Positions 9,814-22,019 of a DNA stretch of 64,000 nucleotides are shown here, piece after piece. The position numbers were made by a program, and so were the translations under genes. The first letter of the stretch is position 1. Every line of letters starts with the position of its first letter. The notes below the pieces were generated by a model. That model did no database searches and was not told the origin of the DNA. It saw only the letters and a program-made list of their open reading frames with translations. This DNA is from Strigamia acuminata (lineage: Eukaryota), in contig OX442314.1 in assembly GCA_949358305.1 (NCBI GenBank), forward strand, positions 32,922,001-32,986,000, written 5' to 3'.

Positions 9814-11873
9814 TGTGAAAATCGGATGATTTTACGTGTAAAGTGAATTATTGTTCGATTATTGTGTCATATTTGTATTTCCATTTTACATTACATTGCT
9901 ATTTGTATTTCCATTTTTTACTTGATTTGTTGTTTTATTTTATATTGGTGATTGGATATTTCTAATTAATTGACTGAATTTGATATTGATATATTTCACA
10001 TTTTATACTTCTTAAATATTACATTTTTTGTTGTAGATTTATGTTGATGTTTTATTTCGAGTGTGGTGACCTGTTTCAAATTCAACTGATGTTTTACCCC
10101 CACGTTAATCCCTTAATTGGTGGGGTTTTTCCTAATGTGCAAGCACCGTTTTCATTGGTGCTCTGAACATGTCATCCACATTCCTCTACCTTTCCTTTTG
10201 TGTTAAAAATAAGAATAAAAACCAGTGTACTTTTTTACCTCAAAAAGTGTAGTTGTGTCAGTTCTTCTCTCCAACGCCATCTGTGGTGACCCTGAGCCAC
10301 TTTTATTTAATTTACTGTGTTTTTTAATAAAATAGTCACCACGGAAGAAGTTGTTATTTTACATTTTATTTTGGCAATATTTGTGTTTGGCACACGCCCA
10401 ACGATTACATAATTTAGGGGAGAAAAACTCCCCTAACACGGTTTACCCCAATATTATATGGGGTGAGGCGCTAATTAACTGCTTAGTGAGGCAAAAATGC
10501 TTTGTTTCACTAAATTACGCTGTCTGAGCAGCGGGATGCTGCACAGATTCGAAGTGTGCTCGACACACTCCACCCTTCCTATAGCCAACGGTTATGGTGC
10601 AATAATAACGGCTTTTGGCGCAACAAAATCCTTTGTTGTGCCAAAATTAGTAATCTGCACATATTTCGTGCGCAGATTTCGAGAGTGCATAAAACCCCAA
10701 ATTTTGGCGGTTTGACCCTCTCTTGACACAAACACACCAACAACAACAACCCAACTGATCATCACTGAAGAACTTCAAACACAAGGATTCTACGTGCTGA
10801 CAGATTACGAATCTCGAGTAACGCTCGAGAAAACCAGCTCACCGCCGCCGTCGAGTCCCGTTGACTTGTTCCGTGACTCGCCTCCCCCGATCGAGCGAAC
10901 CGTCGCCGTCAACCATCGTGAAGAGGCAGTGAACCACCTGCGAGCTTTACTCCGGAGTTCACTGTATCATCGCCATCGTACGAGCGAAGGAAATTTGTTC
11001 CCGCTCGTTGTCGAATATTGTGAGAGCGCCATCGAGTTTACTCTGGTACTCTCGTCGTCGTCGTCAACGGCAAACTTCTCGTGGAGAACCGTCGCCGATA
11101 TCTGTAAACCACCTGCGAGCTTTACTCCGGAGTTTACAGATAGAAAGTCATCGTTTTCAACGAGAAATAATATTTCTCAGGCGAGTCCGACTCGCCATTT
11201 TCCGAGCGCAACAAATAGCCGTTTGTTGCGCGCCAAACACTCGCGCCCAACGATCAACCTTCGTTGTTGGCGCCTTTCCTTTGTTTCGAGTGAGTGTAAC
11301 GGCTCACTTGTCTCATTTCCCACTCTTCCTCTTCATCTTTCTCTCCCCGAATTTAACCGTTAAATTCATTAATTCTTTTCATTAATTCTTTTTTTATATT
11401 TCTCACAATATACTGTAATTTTCGCACAAATAAAACATATTTGTATTTTATTCAATTCAAACTGTCGTTTTCCTTTAATAAAATTACCCCTAGACACACC
11501 ACACAGGCAGCCGAGTATAAGGCCTGTAAACGGCATCTCACTTGCGAACCGCTCACAACAAGGTAAGTATTTGTTTAGAGCGGAATTCCCGGAGGATCGC
11601 AACACATCTTGAACTTTATCCGACATTTTCAAGTTACCAGACCATTTGTAACCAAGGACTTTGGAATTTGTTTGTGTGTGATATGTTGTGTATTAATCAC
11701 GCCAGATGGCGTTAATGTATTATAGTTTATGTGTACCATTAAAAGGTGGCACTAGTTGTTGTTTTCTACACTGTAATGGCGTCCTCATGTTATTTCATCA
11801 GCCTCCAGATTTGAGCAACTAACAACACAGTTTGCTAGGTTTGAAATCAACTTTAACTATTTCAAATTTAACA
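9814..11873 (+). mobile_element. Solo-LTR-type insertion (TG...CA, 5-bp TSD), probably with nested material
   Basis: Starts TGTGAAAATCGGATGATTTTACG and ends TTCAAATTTAACA; GTTTT on both sides (9809-9813, 11874-11878); termini match the 48007-48601 element. Confidence 0.7.
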
Positions 11874-12503
11874 GTTTTATTATTATCTTAGAGAATAAGA
11901 TAATAAGAACAAAAATGAATAAATGTCACTCAATTTGGAGAATTTCTTCAATACCCTCATCCCCACTGTTAGAAGAAAATGTTACTTCTTTTGTTCATCT
12001 TATTCATACTACCCACATCTCAATCAATTTCTAGTTTCTAGTTTTTCCGTTTACCCGATCAATTTCTGGTTTTTCCGATACTGAGAGAGATTCGGAAATT
12101 GGCAAATGTTTCCACATTCAACATTTGATGTTGTGTGACGTGTTTCAATATTTTGATTACATTTTGTCAGTGCAATACAAAAATGTTCACATTATTTTAT
12201 TTTTATTTTATTTTATTGTTTGAAACTGCGAATAACAGCACATTTTAATCTGAATTACTGTATAACTTATAAATAAGAATAATTACTTCATTTTCATTCA
12301 ATTAAATAAATTTGAGAAACCCACAATAAAATTCGATAAATTTTGTTACATTACAAGCACAAAAATGCAATTGAAATTTGTCTGGGCTCGGAATACGTAG
12401 CACAACCGTTAAGCACAGTCTAAATTTCATCAATTACGTTACAATTGCGTTACATTGACACGTTGCTAATACTGTTGGAATCAACAATACACATTTGGAA
12501 TCT

Positions 12504-12602
12504 ATTGGTCAACTCTACACTGATTGGTCGAGTGACCCGTCACGTTTACAAAACGTGAGATCGTCACGTTTACAAAACGTGACATTATTTAGGGTATATA
12601 AA
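12504..12602 (+). promoter_or_regulatory. Cdc25 proximal promoter: two inverted CCAAT boxes, two copies of a palindromic 21-mer, TATA box
   Basis: ATTGG at 12504 and 12523; CGTCACGTTTACAAAACGTGA at 12538 and 12562; TATATAAA at 12595. Confidence 0.6.
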
Positions 12603-12746
12603 CCCCCAACCATAGTTGAATAAAATATCAGAATAAGTTCCTTAAGCCGAATTCATTTAAGTACACTGACGCTAGTAATTATTATCAATTCACTTTTTGA
12701 CGAGCTTCGGCAACACGATTAGTAGAAATTCACAAAAACTGAAATA

Positions 12747-13655
12747 ATGGACATTTCAAACGAGCAGTTTTTGTCGGCAACACCGTTGCAAAGGCCAAAA
12801 GGCAATGCACAACTCGTGGAACAAACTCTCACGACAACTCCAAACAGATTTAACGGAAATAAATTGAAAACACGCAATTGTAATCGAGGCTTGTTTCGCG
12901 AGAAACGTTCAAAAGATATAAACAAACGAAGAAAAGCAGTTTCATTGGGCACAAACTCGACTAGAAAACATTTATTCTCCGATAATTTTAATCGCTGTTA
13001 CTCGGAATCGGATGCCGACAACATAATGAAAGCTATCGAACTCGGTACGGACAATCCCTATTTGATTGGAGATTTTAGCCGTCCGTGCGCACTTCCGCTG
13101 ATTGCGGGAAAGCATCAGGATTTGAAATCCATTTCGGCTCACACCATGTTTCGTCTGTTGAATGGCGATTTTACTTCGCGAGTCGAGAAATACGTCGTGA
13201 TTGATTGTCGACTGCCCTACGAATACGAAGGCGGACACGTACGAGGTGCTATTAATATAAACACAAAAGAAAGTTTGGAATTGGAATTTTTCCAGCAAAT
13301 TCACGAATCCGTGGTTTTGATATTCCATTGTGAATTTTCGTCGCAAAGAGGCCCTTCCATGTGTCGCTTCTTGCGGAATAAGGATCGAGAAACGAACGAA
13401 TACCCGAGTTTGTTTTACCCGGAAATTTACGTGCTCGATGGTGGTTACAAGGCATTTTTCGAAGGTTTTCTCGACTGTTGTGAGCCGCAATTGTACAGAC
13501 CAATGCTCCCGCGGCCTGTAACAGTCGATGTGTCCGCTAATTCGGCTAAGTTCTCTTTCTCACCTTCCTGTTGGTCAAAAACGGCGTTGTGCGCCATTTC
13601 CGTTGGAATGTTTGCGCTACTCCTTCCCTGTTTAACTTTTTATACTAATTTATAA
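12747..13655 (+). CDS. cdc25: Cdc25-family (string/twine-like) M-phase inducer phosphatase, intronless
   Basis: LIGDFS, GKHQDLKSIS, IDCR.PYEYEGGH, catalytic HCEFSSQRGP (HCX5R), YPEIYVLDGGYKAFF; AATAAA at 13681. Confidence 0.95.
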   Translation: MDISNEQFLSATPLQRPKGNAQLVEQTLTTTPNRFNGNKLKTRNCNRGLFREKRSKDINKRRKAVSLGTNSTRKHLFSDNFNRCYSESDADNIMKAIELGTDNPYLIGDFSRPCALPLIAGKHQDLKSISAHTMFRLLNGDFTSRVEKYVVIDCRLPYEYEGGHVRGAININTKESLELEFFQQIHESVVLIFHCEFSSQRGPSMCRFLRNKDRETNEYPSLFYPEIYVLDGGYKAFFEGFLDCCEPQLYRPMLPRPVTVDVSANSAKFSFSPSCWSKTALCAISVGMFALLLPCLTFYTNL

Positions 13656-14617
13656 ATATTTTTTAATTTCTTTGTGTTAAAATAAAAGTTCAGGCACTTT
13701 CCAGTAAAAATACATATACATGTTTAAGATATTTAAATACACTTACAAGTTAGATGGCATCCTACACCATTCCCATGTACGAAGGAGCACCCAAAAATAC
13801 TCAGAATTCTTTTTAAATTTAAATATAATTTTAAAAGTTTATTTGAAAAATTTGGAATTTTTTTTTAAACAACTAATCAAGTTGAGATACTATCAAAAGA
13901 CTCATCTTTGCACCTAAAACATCTTTCTGCAGCATTTTACAATAAATATACATATCAAACAATAAAAACCAAAAGTTATAAATCTTTGTATAAATTGAAA
14001 TCCCGGTATCTGTTTTCATACTGATACGCAGAAAAAGTAATTTTTTTTAAAAATTATCTTAGCTGCACTGTTCATGTCCATTTCTGCTCGGTTCACTGTC
14101 CCTGACACTGTCCACTTGCTCTGTCCCTTCTCTACTGACTATCTGCATCCCACTCGCTCCGTACGCTGTCCACTTATTCCGTTCTCACCAATGCTCCATT
14201 CACTTTCCACTTGCAGTCCCTTGGTCACTAGAACCCTGTAAAGAATTAATAAATTTAAAACTCTAATTAATAAATACAATAATTCCAGCTACGATTACCA
14301 ACAATTAAAATAAATCAAATTTTGTTTATCCAAGATGGTCTGTCTCATTCAGCACACACATGAAGTTCTTCAAATACAATAAGTTATTTACAGTATTTGA
14401 TCAACGCAGTTTTCTTCCCAATCGAAAAAAAATCAAATATCATGCTTTATGATCATATAGCGCTATCTAGTAGTAGTATGTGTCAAACCCGAAGAAGCTC
14501 AATTAATATAATTAATAAATAATGTGCTGTCAAATTAAAATCTTCCACTTCCTGTTCCAAAGCAATAAATTCTAAAAGAAATAATTCTTCGGGCGTGACA
14601 CGTGACTAGCTAATACT

Positions 14618-16400
14618 GCCAAAGAAATAAAAAAATTTTGTATAAAACTGTATATAAGATGTTACAAAATATTGATTAGAAAAATCAATGAAGCAGAACC
14701 AGGTCAAACTGGTGCAAACATGTGTTCACTTTCTCAGAAATTATACAGTGCATCTGGCAAATTACACATACGGTATTTGGAAAATAACAGAATTACAAAT
14801 AAAATGTTTTACATTTAAATTGAAGCACAACAGGGTCGAACCGGTACAACACGTGTGCACTCTTCTTAAACTTGAATACTTATCCGCTATTCTAACGAAG
14901 GTATATCCAAAGTCTAGTATCTCGACAGCAATCATCTGATAAACAGTGAAAATTTGCAATTGGTCAACGGTATGTCCTAGCAGGTAAGTTGTTCTTCTAA
15001 ATGGAAATTCAATATTATTTTGTATATTGTACGGTATAATTAAACTTGTCACGATCCTTCCTAAACGAGCCTTTTTGCCCTTTTTCTCATTGCTTTGTCA
15101 CCCGTTCATCCCGTTTTGTTTCCTTATTGTTTAATTCATGTTTTGTAAAATAAACCTAATCCTATTAATTAATCTCCATATTTAGTCACGCCTGGGTCAA
15201 TCATTCCAACTAATTATTCACAGCATGCTTGATTAGTTTCTGGGCTACTCTTGATTGGCTGTTCCTTTTCTGCTTTGGATCAGGCCCAAGTTTACCTTGG
15301 AGCTTGTGACAGCTGGACCTGGGCAGAAAGAATAAGTCCACTGACCAAATAAGAGCTAACTGCTAGCCATAGGTCAGCCTGGCTTCCTTTCTCCCTGTGA
15401 CTAACTCACAGTATTGCCTCTATGCAGATTTCATGTTGCCCTTAGAGTGCTTTCATAGTCAACCCATGCATTTACTCGCGTTTTAGCTTGGAGGATCCTT
15501 CCTTTTGTTGCTCCTTATATTGTGATCCTTAATGCTTTTGACATGCACTTGGAGACTAGAAAGAAACTATTCACGATTGTGTTCTTATTTATGTTTCCTT
15601 TGTGCGCGTTTTTAAAGCACGCTGCCCAGTCTGGATACCTCGCCATTAGAGGTCCCTTCCAGGCTTGGTTCGGCAACAGTCCTGAGGACACGTAGCTTCA
15701 ACTTGACAGTAGACGCAATTTTGACATTTATAATTGATGTAATTTTGACATTTTATAATTAATGCAATTTTGACATTTTATAATTAATGCAATTTTCACA
15801 TTTTATAATTAATGCAATTTTCACATTTTATAATTAATGCAATTTTCACATTTTATAGTTAATGCAAGTTTGGGGGAAATCCAGTTATGACATCCAACTT
15901 GACCTCAGGGGTCATCTTTAAGGTCATCCATATTGTAATTTGAGAACCGTGACAGATAAAGAGAAAAAGTGAATTAGAAAGTTGTAGAACACCATCCAAT
16001 TAGTCTAAAATTGTTTTTAAAAAATTATCTCTTTATGAAATGTTTTAAAAAAAATGTTTAAAACATTACCAAAGAAATAAATAATTTTTGTATAAAACTG
16101 TATATAAGATGTTACAAAATATTGATTAGAAAAATCAATGAAGCAGAACCAGGTCAAACTGGTGCAAACACGTGTTCACTCTCTCAAGCAGAATACAAAT
16201 GAGATATTTTGCATTTAGATTGAACCCGTTCATCAAACTGCAACTTGTAACATTTAGTTGTCGTTGAAATTAGAAATTATACAGTGCATCTGGCAAATTA
16301 TACACATTTGGAAATTTAACAGAATTACAAATGAAATGTTTTACATTTAAATTGAAGCACAACAAGGTCAAACCGGTGCAACACGGGTGCAGTCTTCGAC
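14618..16400 (+). repeat. Dispersed direct duplication (about 250 bp at 14618-14870, repeated at about 16068-16400 with an extra ~90 bp)
   Basis: CCAAAGAAATAA...GTATAAAACTGTATATAAGATGTTACAAAATATTGATTAGAAAAATCAATGAAGCAGAACCAGG occurs at both positions. Confidence 0.8.
15713..15870. repeat. 25-bp minisatellite (AATGCAATTTT[G/C]ACATTTTATAATT)
   Basis: About 6 tandem copies; the same unit recurs at about 25040-25315. Confidence 0.85.
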
Positions 16401-16687
16401 TTGACATTGGATGTGCGCCTTACCTTTTCTCCTTCATTTTTACGATTTCAAGAAACCGTATTAAATTTGTGACAGGACGAGCGAGGGGATTATTTACCGC
16501 CAAATTCCAGCCAGATAATCGTTTATAGACTTTCTCTTACGGCCAGCTCTCCTTGTTTCGTAACCGACGCAACGGGTTTATCCTAAGCTTACTATACAGT
16601 ATAAAGCCGGTTCATGACAAACTATATGTTTATACGTATCCATTTTGCATTTTAGAACCTAACAGTTATAGCTGAGAAAATATAACA

Positions 16688-19600
16688 ATGGCAGCAGAGA
16701 AAGCAATCCAATCATTTGGTCGAAGTCGTCAACTTAGAAATAGAAGAATGAGTGAGCTCGTTAGAAATATTGTCACGGAGCAAACGACTACACAGCCATT
16801 CATCAAATCAGTCAAAAAAATTTCAGAAAAGAAAAAAAATCCACGTGTATTGCTTACAACTCTACTCTTTATGAATATAGCGGCTTGTGTTTGCCATAGT
16901 GCAGATCGAATTGTGCATTACATGAATGAACCAACAGCAGTTGACGCCAACTTTATTGAAACACCACACGGTTCTTTTCCATATATTTATTTATATCCAC
17001 CCACCACGGAAGAATATAACAATTTAACACACAACAAACTCGTATGTCGTAATGCGGATGTTGAAGATGCTGTAGAAAAATACAATTTAAAGTACGACGA
17101 CGTAGTAAAAGCTATCAGAGCAACTAGTTACATAACCGATGCCTACTTTGCAGCGGTAAATCATTTCCATTTTTCTTTTGTCTTAAGATTAAATTTTTAA
17201 TCAAAAGGTTAATTTAATACAATACAATCTATGCAGAGGAAATCACTCGTTAACCTCACAGTTAAAAGTTACGATGGCATTTGGCGCACAGGAGCACAAA
17301 TTTCTAGTCGTAAGTCAATAAAAATTAATTTGTTCATATCGTAAAACTCATTTCCCTTTAGCATGGACCTTTCCGTTTGGAAATGACAATTACAAGATGG
17401 TGATAAAACTAAAATTCCCCGAGAATTGCGGTCGATTCTTTGTAAGTGTTGATTAGTTTATAGAATTACACAATACACTTTGTAGATCGCATATTTTAAA
17501 ACAATTGTAATTTATTGTTTTCATTTAAAGGTTTTAATAGATCCCTCATCAGTTGTGTATCATCTACACAAAAATGCAAACCACTGGATTGAATTTGAAG
17601 AAAGAATAATGACCCATTGTAAAATAATCACGCAAAAAGTTAGCATTTAAGGTCAAATACGGAGAAAAATGAGATTGCTTACCTGTTTGTGTGCGTGAGT
17701 TTAGACCATGATGGTGGGGTCACGATATAAGGTTTCCTGGACGCAGTGGCGTCTTAAGCACCCAGGTGGCAGGGCCGAGGGGGCGGCAGAGAAGCTGCTG
17801 GAGAAGCTGCAATCTGTGAAACGTGAAATGTAAACTGGAACAAGGGCTCATCCGCTGCGACGGCTGCTTCCTCCTTCTTCGCGTTTCCTCGACCCCGTGG
17901 AGATGGTTTTGACTTGGCCTCATCTGTCCGGTTCTTGTTTGTCTTAGGGCGCCAACAATCTCGTGCGAAATGGCCAGGCTTGTTGCAGTTAAAGCATTTA
18001 ATTCCTTCTTTTCTCTTTGCTTTGTAAGCGCTTTCGGTTAAATTTTCTCGTCCTGCATCATTAGTATTGCCTCGGCGCATTTCTCGCTCTTCTTGTTTTA
18101 ATTGTGCTCTGATTTCGTCCAAAGAGAGCGACTTATTGGCATTCAACGCCTTCTTGACCATGTTGTATTCGGACTTAAGACCGTGGAGTATGTATGACGC
18201 CATCTCTCTGTCAGTTAACACCTTGCCTAGTTCGGCGCTTTTTGTAGACAAAGCCTCTGACCGGTCCATATATGAATCTATGTCCTCCGTCTTGCCCATT
18301 CGTAGTTGAGCCAATTCGAAAGTGAGGTCAATTTTCTGATCCTCGATGCGTCCGGCCATGTGCTTTTCAATTTTGTCCCATAAAATCTTGGCATTTTCTT
18401 CTTGCGAGTAGCGCATCGCCTGTTGCGTCGACAATGTGAGCGCAATTACTGTCAAAGCCTGGGAATTCTTTTTATCCCACTCTTTCCAGACTTTCAATTC
18501 TTCATCATATTTCGGAGCTTTCTCGTCATTCGGTTTGGCCGGTCCCACTCCAATTATCGCTTCATCCCAAAGCTCCTTGACGCGTAGGATGCCACGCACC
18601 TTCATGCGCCACAAAAAGTAATTCGTATTCGTCAATTTTTCGACCGTAGCCACGTTTGCTATTCCGCCATCGCTCGACGCCATTTTGTTTTTACTTGAAA
18701 CAATAAATGCCCGAATCAATTGACTTATTTATTGAATAAATTAACGGATACTTAGCTGTATTTGTGCCTAGTTTGATTCCAGGCACACGAATGACAAAAC
18801 GTCCGTAATACGTCCTCGCAGAATACTCGTATCAATCGCCACGTTCCCGCTTGTATCGTCTCGTTAACGTCTCACCGACGTACGCCGTTCTTTCCAAAAG
18901 GGTTTCGGCGCCAATTCGACTCCCGCACCGTTAGTTGTGGTTTAAACACCGCACCGCTATTCGAAAAAATATCAAATAGACTTATATGCAATTATGCCGT
19001 CCTATTTACGAATAACTTAACTGCAATTGTGCCAGTTTAGTCCTTGGCACAATTAACTCCGTGTCGCGATGCTAACCCTAATCGGTGTCGACCGTAATGA
19101 TTCGGCCCGCCCGCCGTTAATACGTCGTCGTATCGTTGTCGTTTTGTTTTCCTTCAAAACGAGTACAGCAGGCAAGCCGAACCACCCTCTGCTATCAATG
19201 TAGTGTTTGAAGTCGAATTAAAGACAAATATCGGTTAAAACTTAACAGTTTGCAATTTAATTTAGTGCACGACCAACTTGTCTGCACTGTCGGCCATTAT
19301 CAAAGGTTATAAGTGACGTCACAAGGTCGTACATGTAAATTCGGCTATGTGACGTTATAATCTCGAAACAACATACAAAACATAATGCTACGAAAATCTC
19401 TTCAACAAAAACTACACCAGAAAAGTCTACTTTCCAATCTTATAATTACTTTTTTTAATTCATTTTTTTCCAAATTACAAAAACCAGAAGTTAAAACCCA
19501 TACTTTTAAAAATCCCGATTTGATTAAAATGTTAAAGAAAAATAATTCCATTTATTGTAAATTTCTACGAAACTTGTTTGTTGTCTAAGAAATTATTAGG

Positions 19601-22019
19601 AATCTGGAACTAATCACCTAATTTTCCAAGTACACCGTATGTTTTTTTTAAAAAGTTTTTGTTTTATGCGGTTTTTTTCTGGAATGTATCTACCATATAA
19701 AAACAGAATTGGATGTTTATTGCAGTGAACTACTAGTTACTTTGAAATTTGTTCTAGTATCAATTTATTAACCTGAGAAGAAAACCGTGCAGCAAAGAAA
19801 AGGACTTGGATAACTGCTTGCAACCTTGTATACTGAAGAAAATGAAATGCAGGTACCGGTACTAAGTGAACTGTCATTATCACAAAATTTCTAATAGCAA
19901 GAATTTTATGAACAATCATGACCAAGCAATGTTTCCATACAATTTTAAAAATCTTGGAAACTGTGACCGCTTGGCCACTCAAGGGTGACCTGCGTCACTA
20001 CCAAACACCGCTCAATGGCGCTAAGGTCATCCCTCCTTGAGGAGTGATATAAACCAGTATAGGGAAGGAGGAAACTGAGTGGTGTAGGGAGTGAGAGAAG
20101 AGCGCTGGGTCTCAACCGAGACAGACGTGTGGTGAGAGGTCCTAAAGCCAGCAAGTGCAGTCGTGCCCTGTGCTGACACTGCTCTGCTCCCTATTCACCA
20201 TTGTGACGCTCAGTGGTGAGATGTTGGATCCACCACAGCCTCCATGAGCGGTTACATGGGCCGTACATACTGGGTTACCAAACATGGCGTCGCCTCCAAT
20301 TCCCCCTTTCCAATCGTCCTTTTTCAACGCTAGTTTCAACATTAAATAACACATTAAATGATGAGAAAACACTTAAAATTGTCAAAATCACGAGAGAAGA
20401 CCTGGAACTAGTCAAATCAATTTTGCAGCTTTTGTAAACCAATACAAATGTTTATTTGTGCATTAATAATGAGTACTAACAGAGTACTAACATATTCTGT
20501 TAAGAAAAGTGAAAATGGGTGAGTGCATTCCACCATCAAGTTGGCAGCACACTGCCTAGAACTAGTTGCAAACCAATACAAATGATAATTTATACGTTAG
20601 AAATGAATACTAACTGAATACTAACAGAATCCGAAGAAAAAAATTCAAAATTGTAAAAGTGTGCTGATGGCATATATACAGAGTGTCCCAAATGAACGAA
20701 GCCAGTCAAACAAAGAAAAGACCATTTGAGTGAGATGAATGAAACGAATGTAGTACAAGGAAACTATGTGAGGGCATTTCAAAAATGTGAAAAAATTTGA
20801 CCTTCGATCTTTTCTTCAAGGTCATTCCAACTTTAACTTTTAAACTAAGACTGGTAGAGCAAAATTCTCAATTGAAAAAAGAAAGAGCACCTTCTGTTTA
20901 GTAAAAAACTGCTCATCAAATTTACTCCGACACAATAACAGATAAAATTACAAAATGACAATATCTGTCAATTCATCATATGTGTAAGGAACCATTTTCC
21001 ATATCTTACATTTATTCTTCTGATATGCAAATTACTTTGCAGTCATGAATTGTTATTAATTTAACTGATATTTTAAATGATATTTAACAAATAAAATTAT
21101 GAAAAAGTCAAAAAATACAAAAACGAAAACCAAGATCAAGACTTTTTCTTGATTTATTGTTTTCGTAATTTTATCTGTTATTGTGTCGGAGTAAATTTGA
21201 TGAGCAGTTTTCTACTAAACAGAAGGTGCTCTTTCTTTTTTCAATTCAGAATTTTGCTCTACCAGTCTTAGTTTAAAAGTTAAAGTTGGAAGGACCTTGA
21301 AGAAAAGGTCGGTGGTCAAATTTTTTCACATTTTTGAAATGCTCTCACTTAGTTTACTAGCACTACATTCGTTTCATTCATCTCACTCAAATAGTATTTT
21401 CGTTATTTGACTGGCTTCGTTCATTTTGGACACCCTGTATAGTTGACAGCACATTGGAAAACCATGGTTAATTCTTGTTCCAATAGAATACAGATTGTCA
21501 ACTATACGCACATGGGCTCAGTGGCCTTCATTTGACCTAAAGTTGAGAAATTTATCATATTCGTATTGTTTCAGATTCTTGTTTTATGAAGCACAAAATG
21601 TACCAAAATGCACTGTTACTGAATATGATAAGCAGTGGGATAAGTTAATAAATTTGACCAATACAGATGTAATTAGGGAATGTAACTGTCCTAATTTATG
21701 TGATATAACACATCAAAGCACGTCATTTAATGTACTGCCCTTTAAAGAAGATGTTCTAGAAGTACAGATTGTGAATGATTATGTTCGAACTTTGCAAGAA
21801 CGGAGCTCTTACGATCTCATCGATTTATTGTGCGATATTGGAGGAACGATCGGTCTCTATTTCGGCATGTCTTGTTTAACACTCGTTGAATTATTAGCCC
21901 ATTGCTGCAAAACACCTTTTGTCAAGTTCTACAAAACAACAAAAGCAAATATGGAGTTGAAAGAGAGAGCTCAAACAATACTTGCAAAAATTCAGAAAAC
22001 AAAAAAAAAAATTAGTTGA
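16688..22019 (+). CDS. DEG/ENaC (pickpocket/ASIC-type) channel unit 1, multi-exon; possibly damaged
   Basis: TM1 followed by Y..EPT and FP.I.L in exon 1 (16688-17155); further GT-AG exons at about 17237-17309, 17361-17441 and 17531-17638; last exon from about 21574 with CNCPNLC and SYDLIDLLCDIGGTIGLYFGMSCLTLVELL (TM2, GxS filter). The Cys-rich thumb exon was not found. Confidence 0.75.
17754..18719 (-). CDS. gag: Copia-type Gag (truncated polyprotein; last ~25 codons come from foreign sequence)
   Basis: VEKLTNTNYFLWRMKVRGIL...LW (copia gag N-terminus), ILHGLKSEY, CFNCNKPGHFARDC knuckle. Confidence 0.85.
   Translation of the reverse strand: MIRAFIVSSKNKMASSDGGIANVATVEKLTNTNYFLWRMKVRGILRVKELWDEAIIGVGPAKPNDEKAPKYDEELKVWKEWDKKNSQALTVIALTLSTQQAMRYSQEENAKILWDKIEKHMAGRIEDQKIDLTFELAQLRMGKTEDIDSYMDRSEALSTKSAELGKVLTDREMASYILHGLKSEYNMVKKALNANKSLSLDEIRAQLKQEEREMRRGNTNDAGRENLTESAYKAKRKEGIKCFNCNKPGHFARDCWRPKTNKNRTDEAKSKPSPRGRGNAKKEEAAVAADEPLFQFTFHVSQIAASPAASLPPPRPCHLGA
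17790..19373 (-). mobile_element. Truncated Ty1/copia element (5' LTR, PBS, gag only) inside an intron of channel unit 1
   Basis: Putative LTR 19199-19373 (TG...CA); PBS TGATAGCAGAGGGTGGTT resembling tRNA-iMet at 19180-19197; no pol follows gag. The left boundary is approximate. Confidence 0.8.
20679..21437. mobile_element. Tc1/mariner-type non-autonomous element with ~275-bp inverted arms
   Basis: TA|CAGAGTGTCCCAAATGAACGAAGCCAGTCAAA ... TTTGACTGGCTTCGTTCATTTTGGACACCCTG|TA; the arms stay complementary for about 275 bp. Confidence 0.88.

Noticed and set aside
10794..11363. 189-aa ORF in the GC-richer block
   Set aside because: Non-ATG start, no recognisable domain, lies within an LTR-like insertion.
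15047..15953. Possible solo LTR (TGTCACG...CGTGACA)
   Set aside because: No matching target-site duplication found; boundaries cannot be supported.
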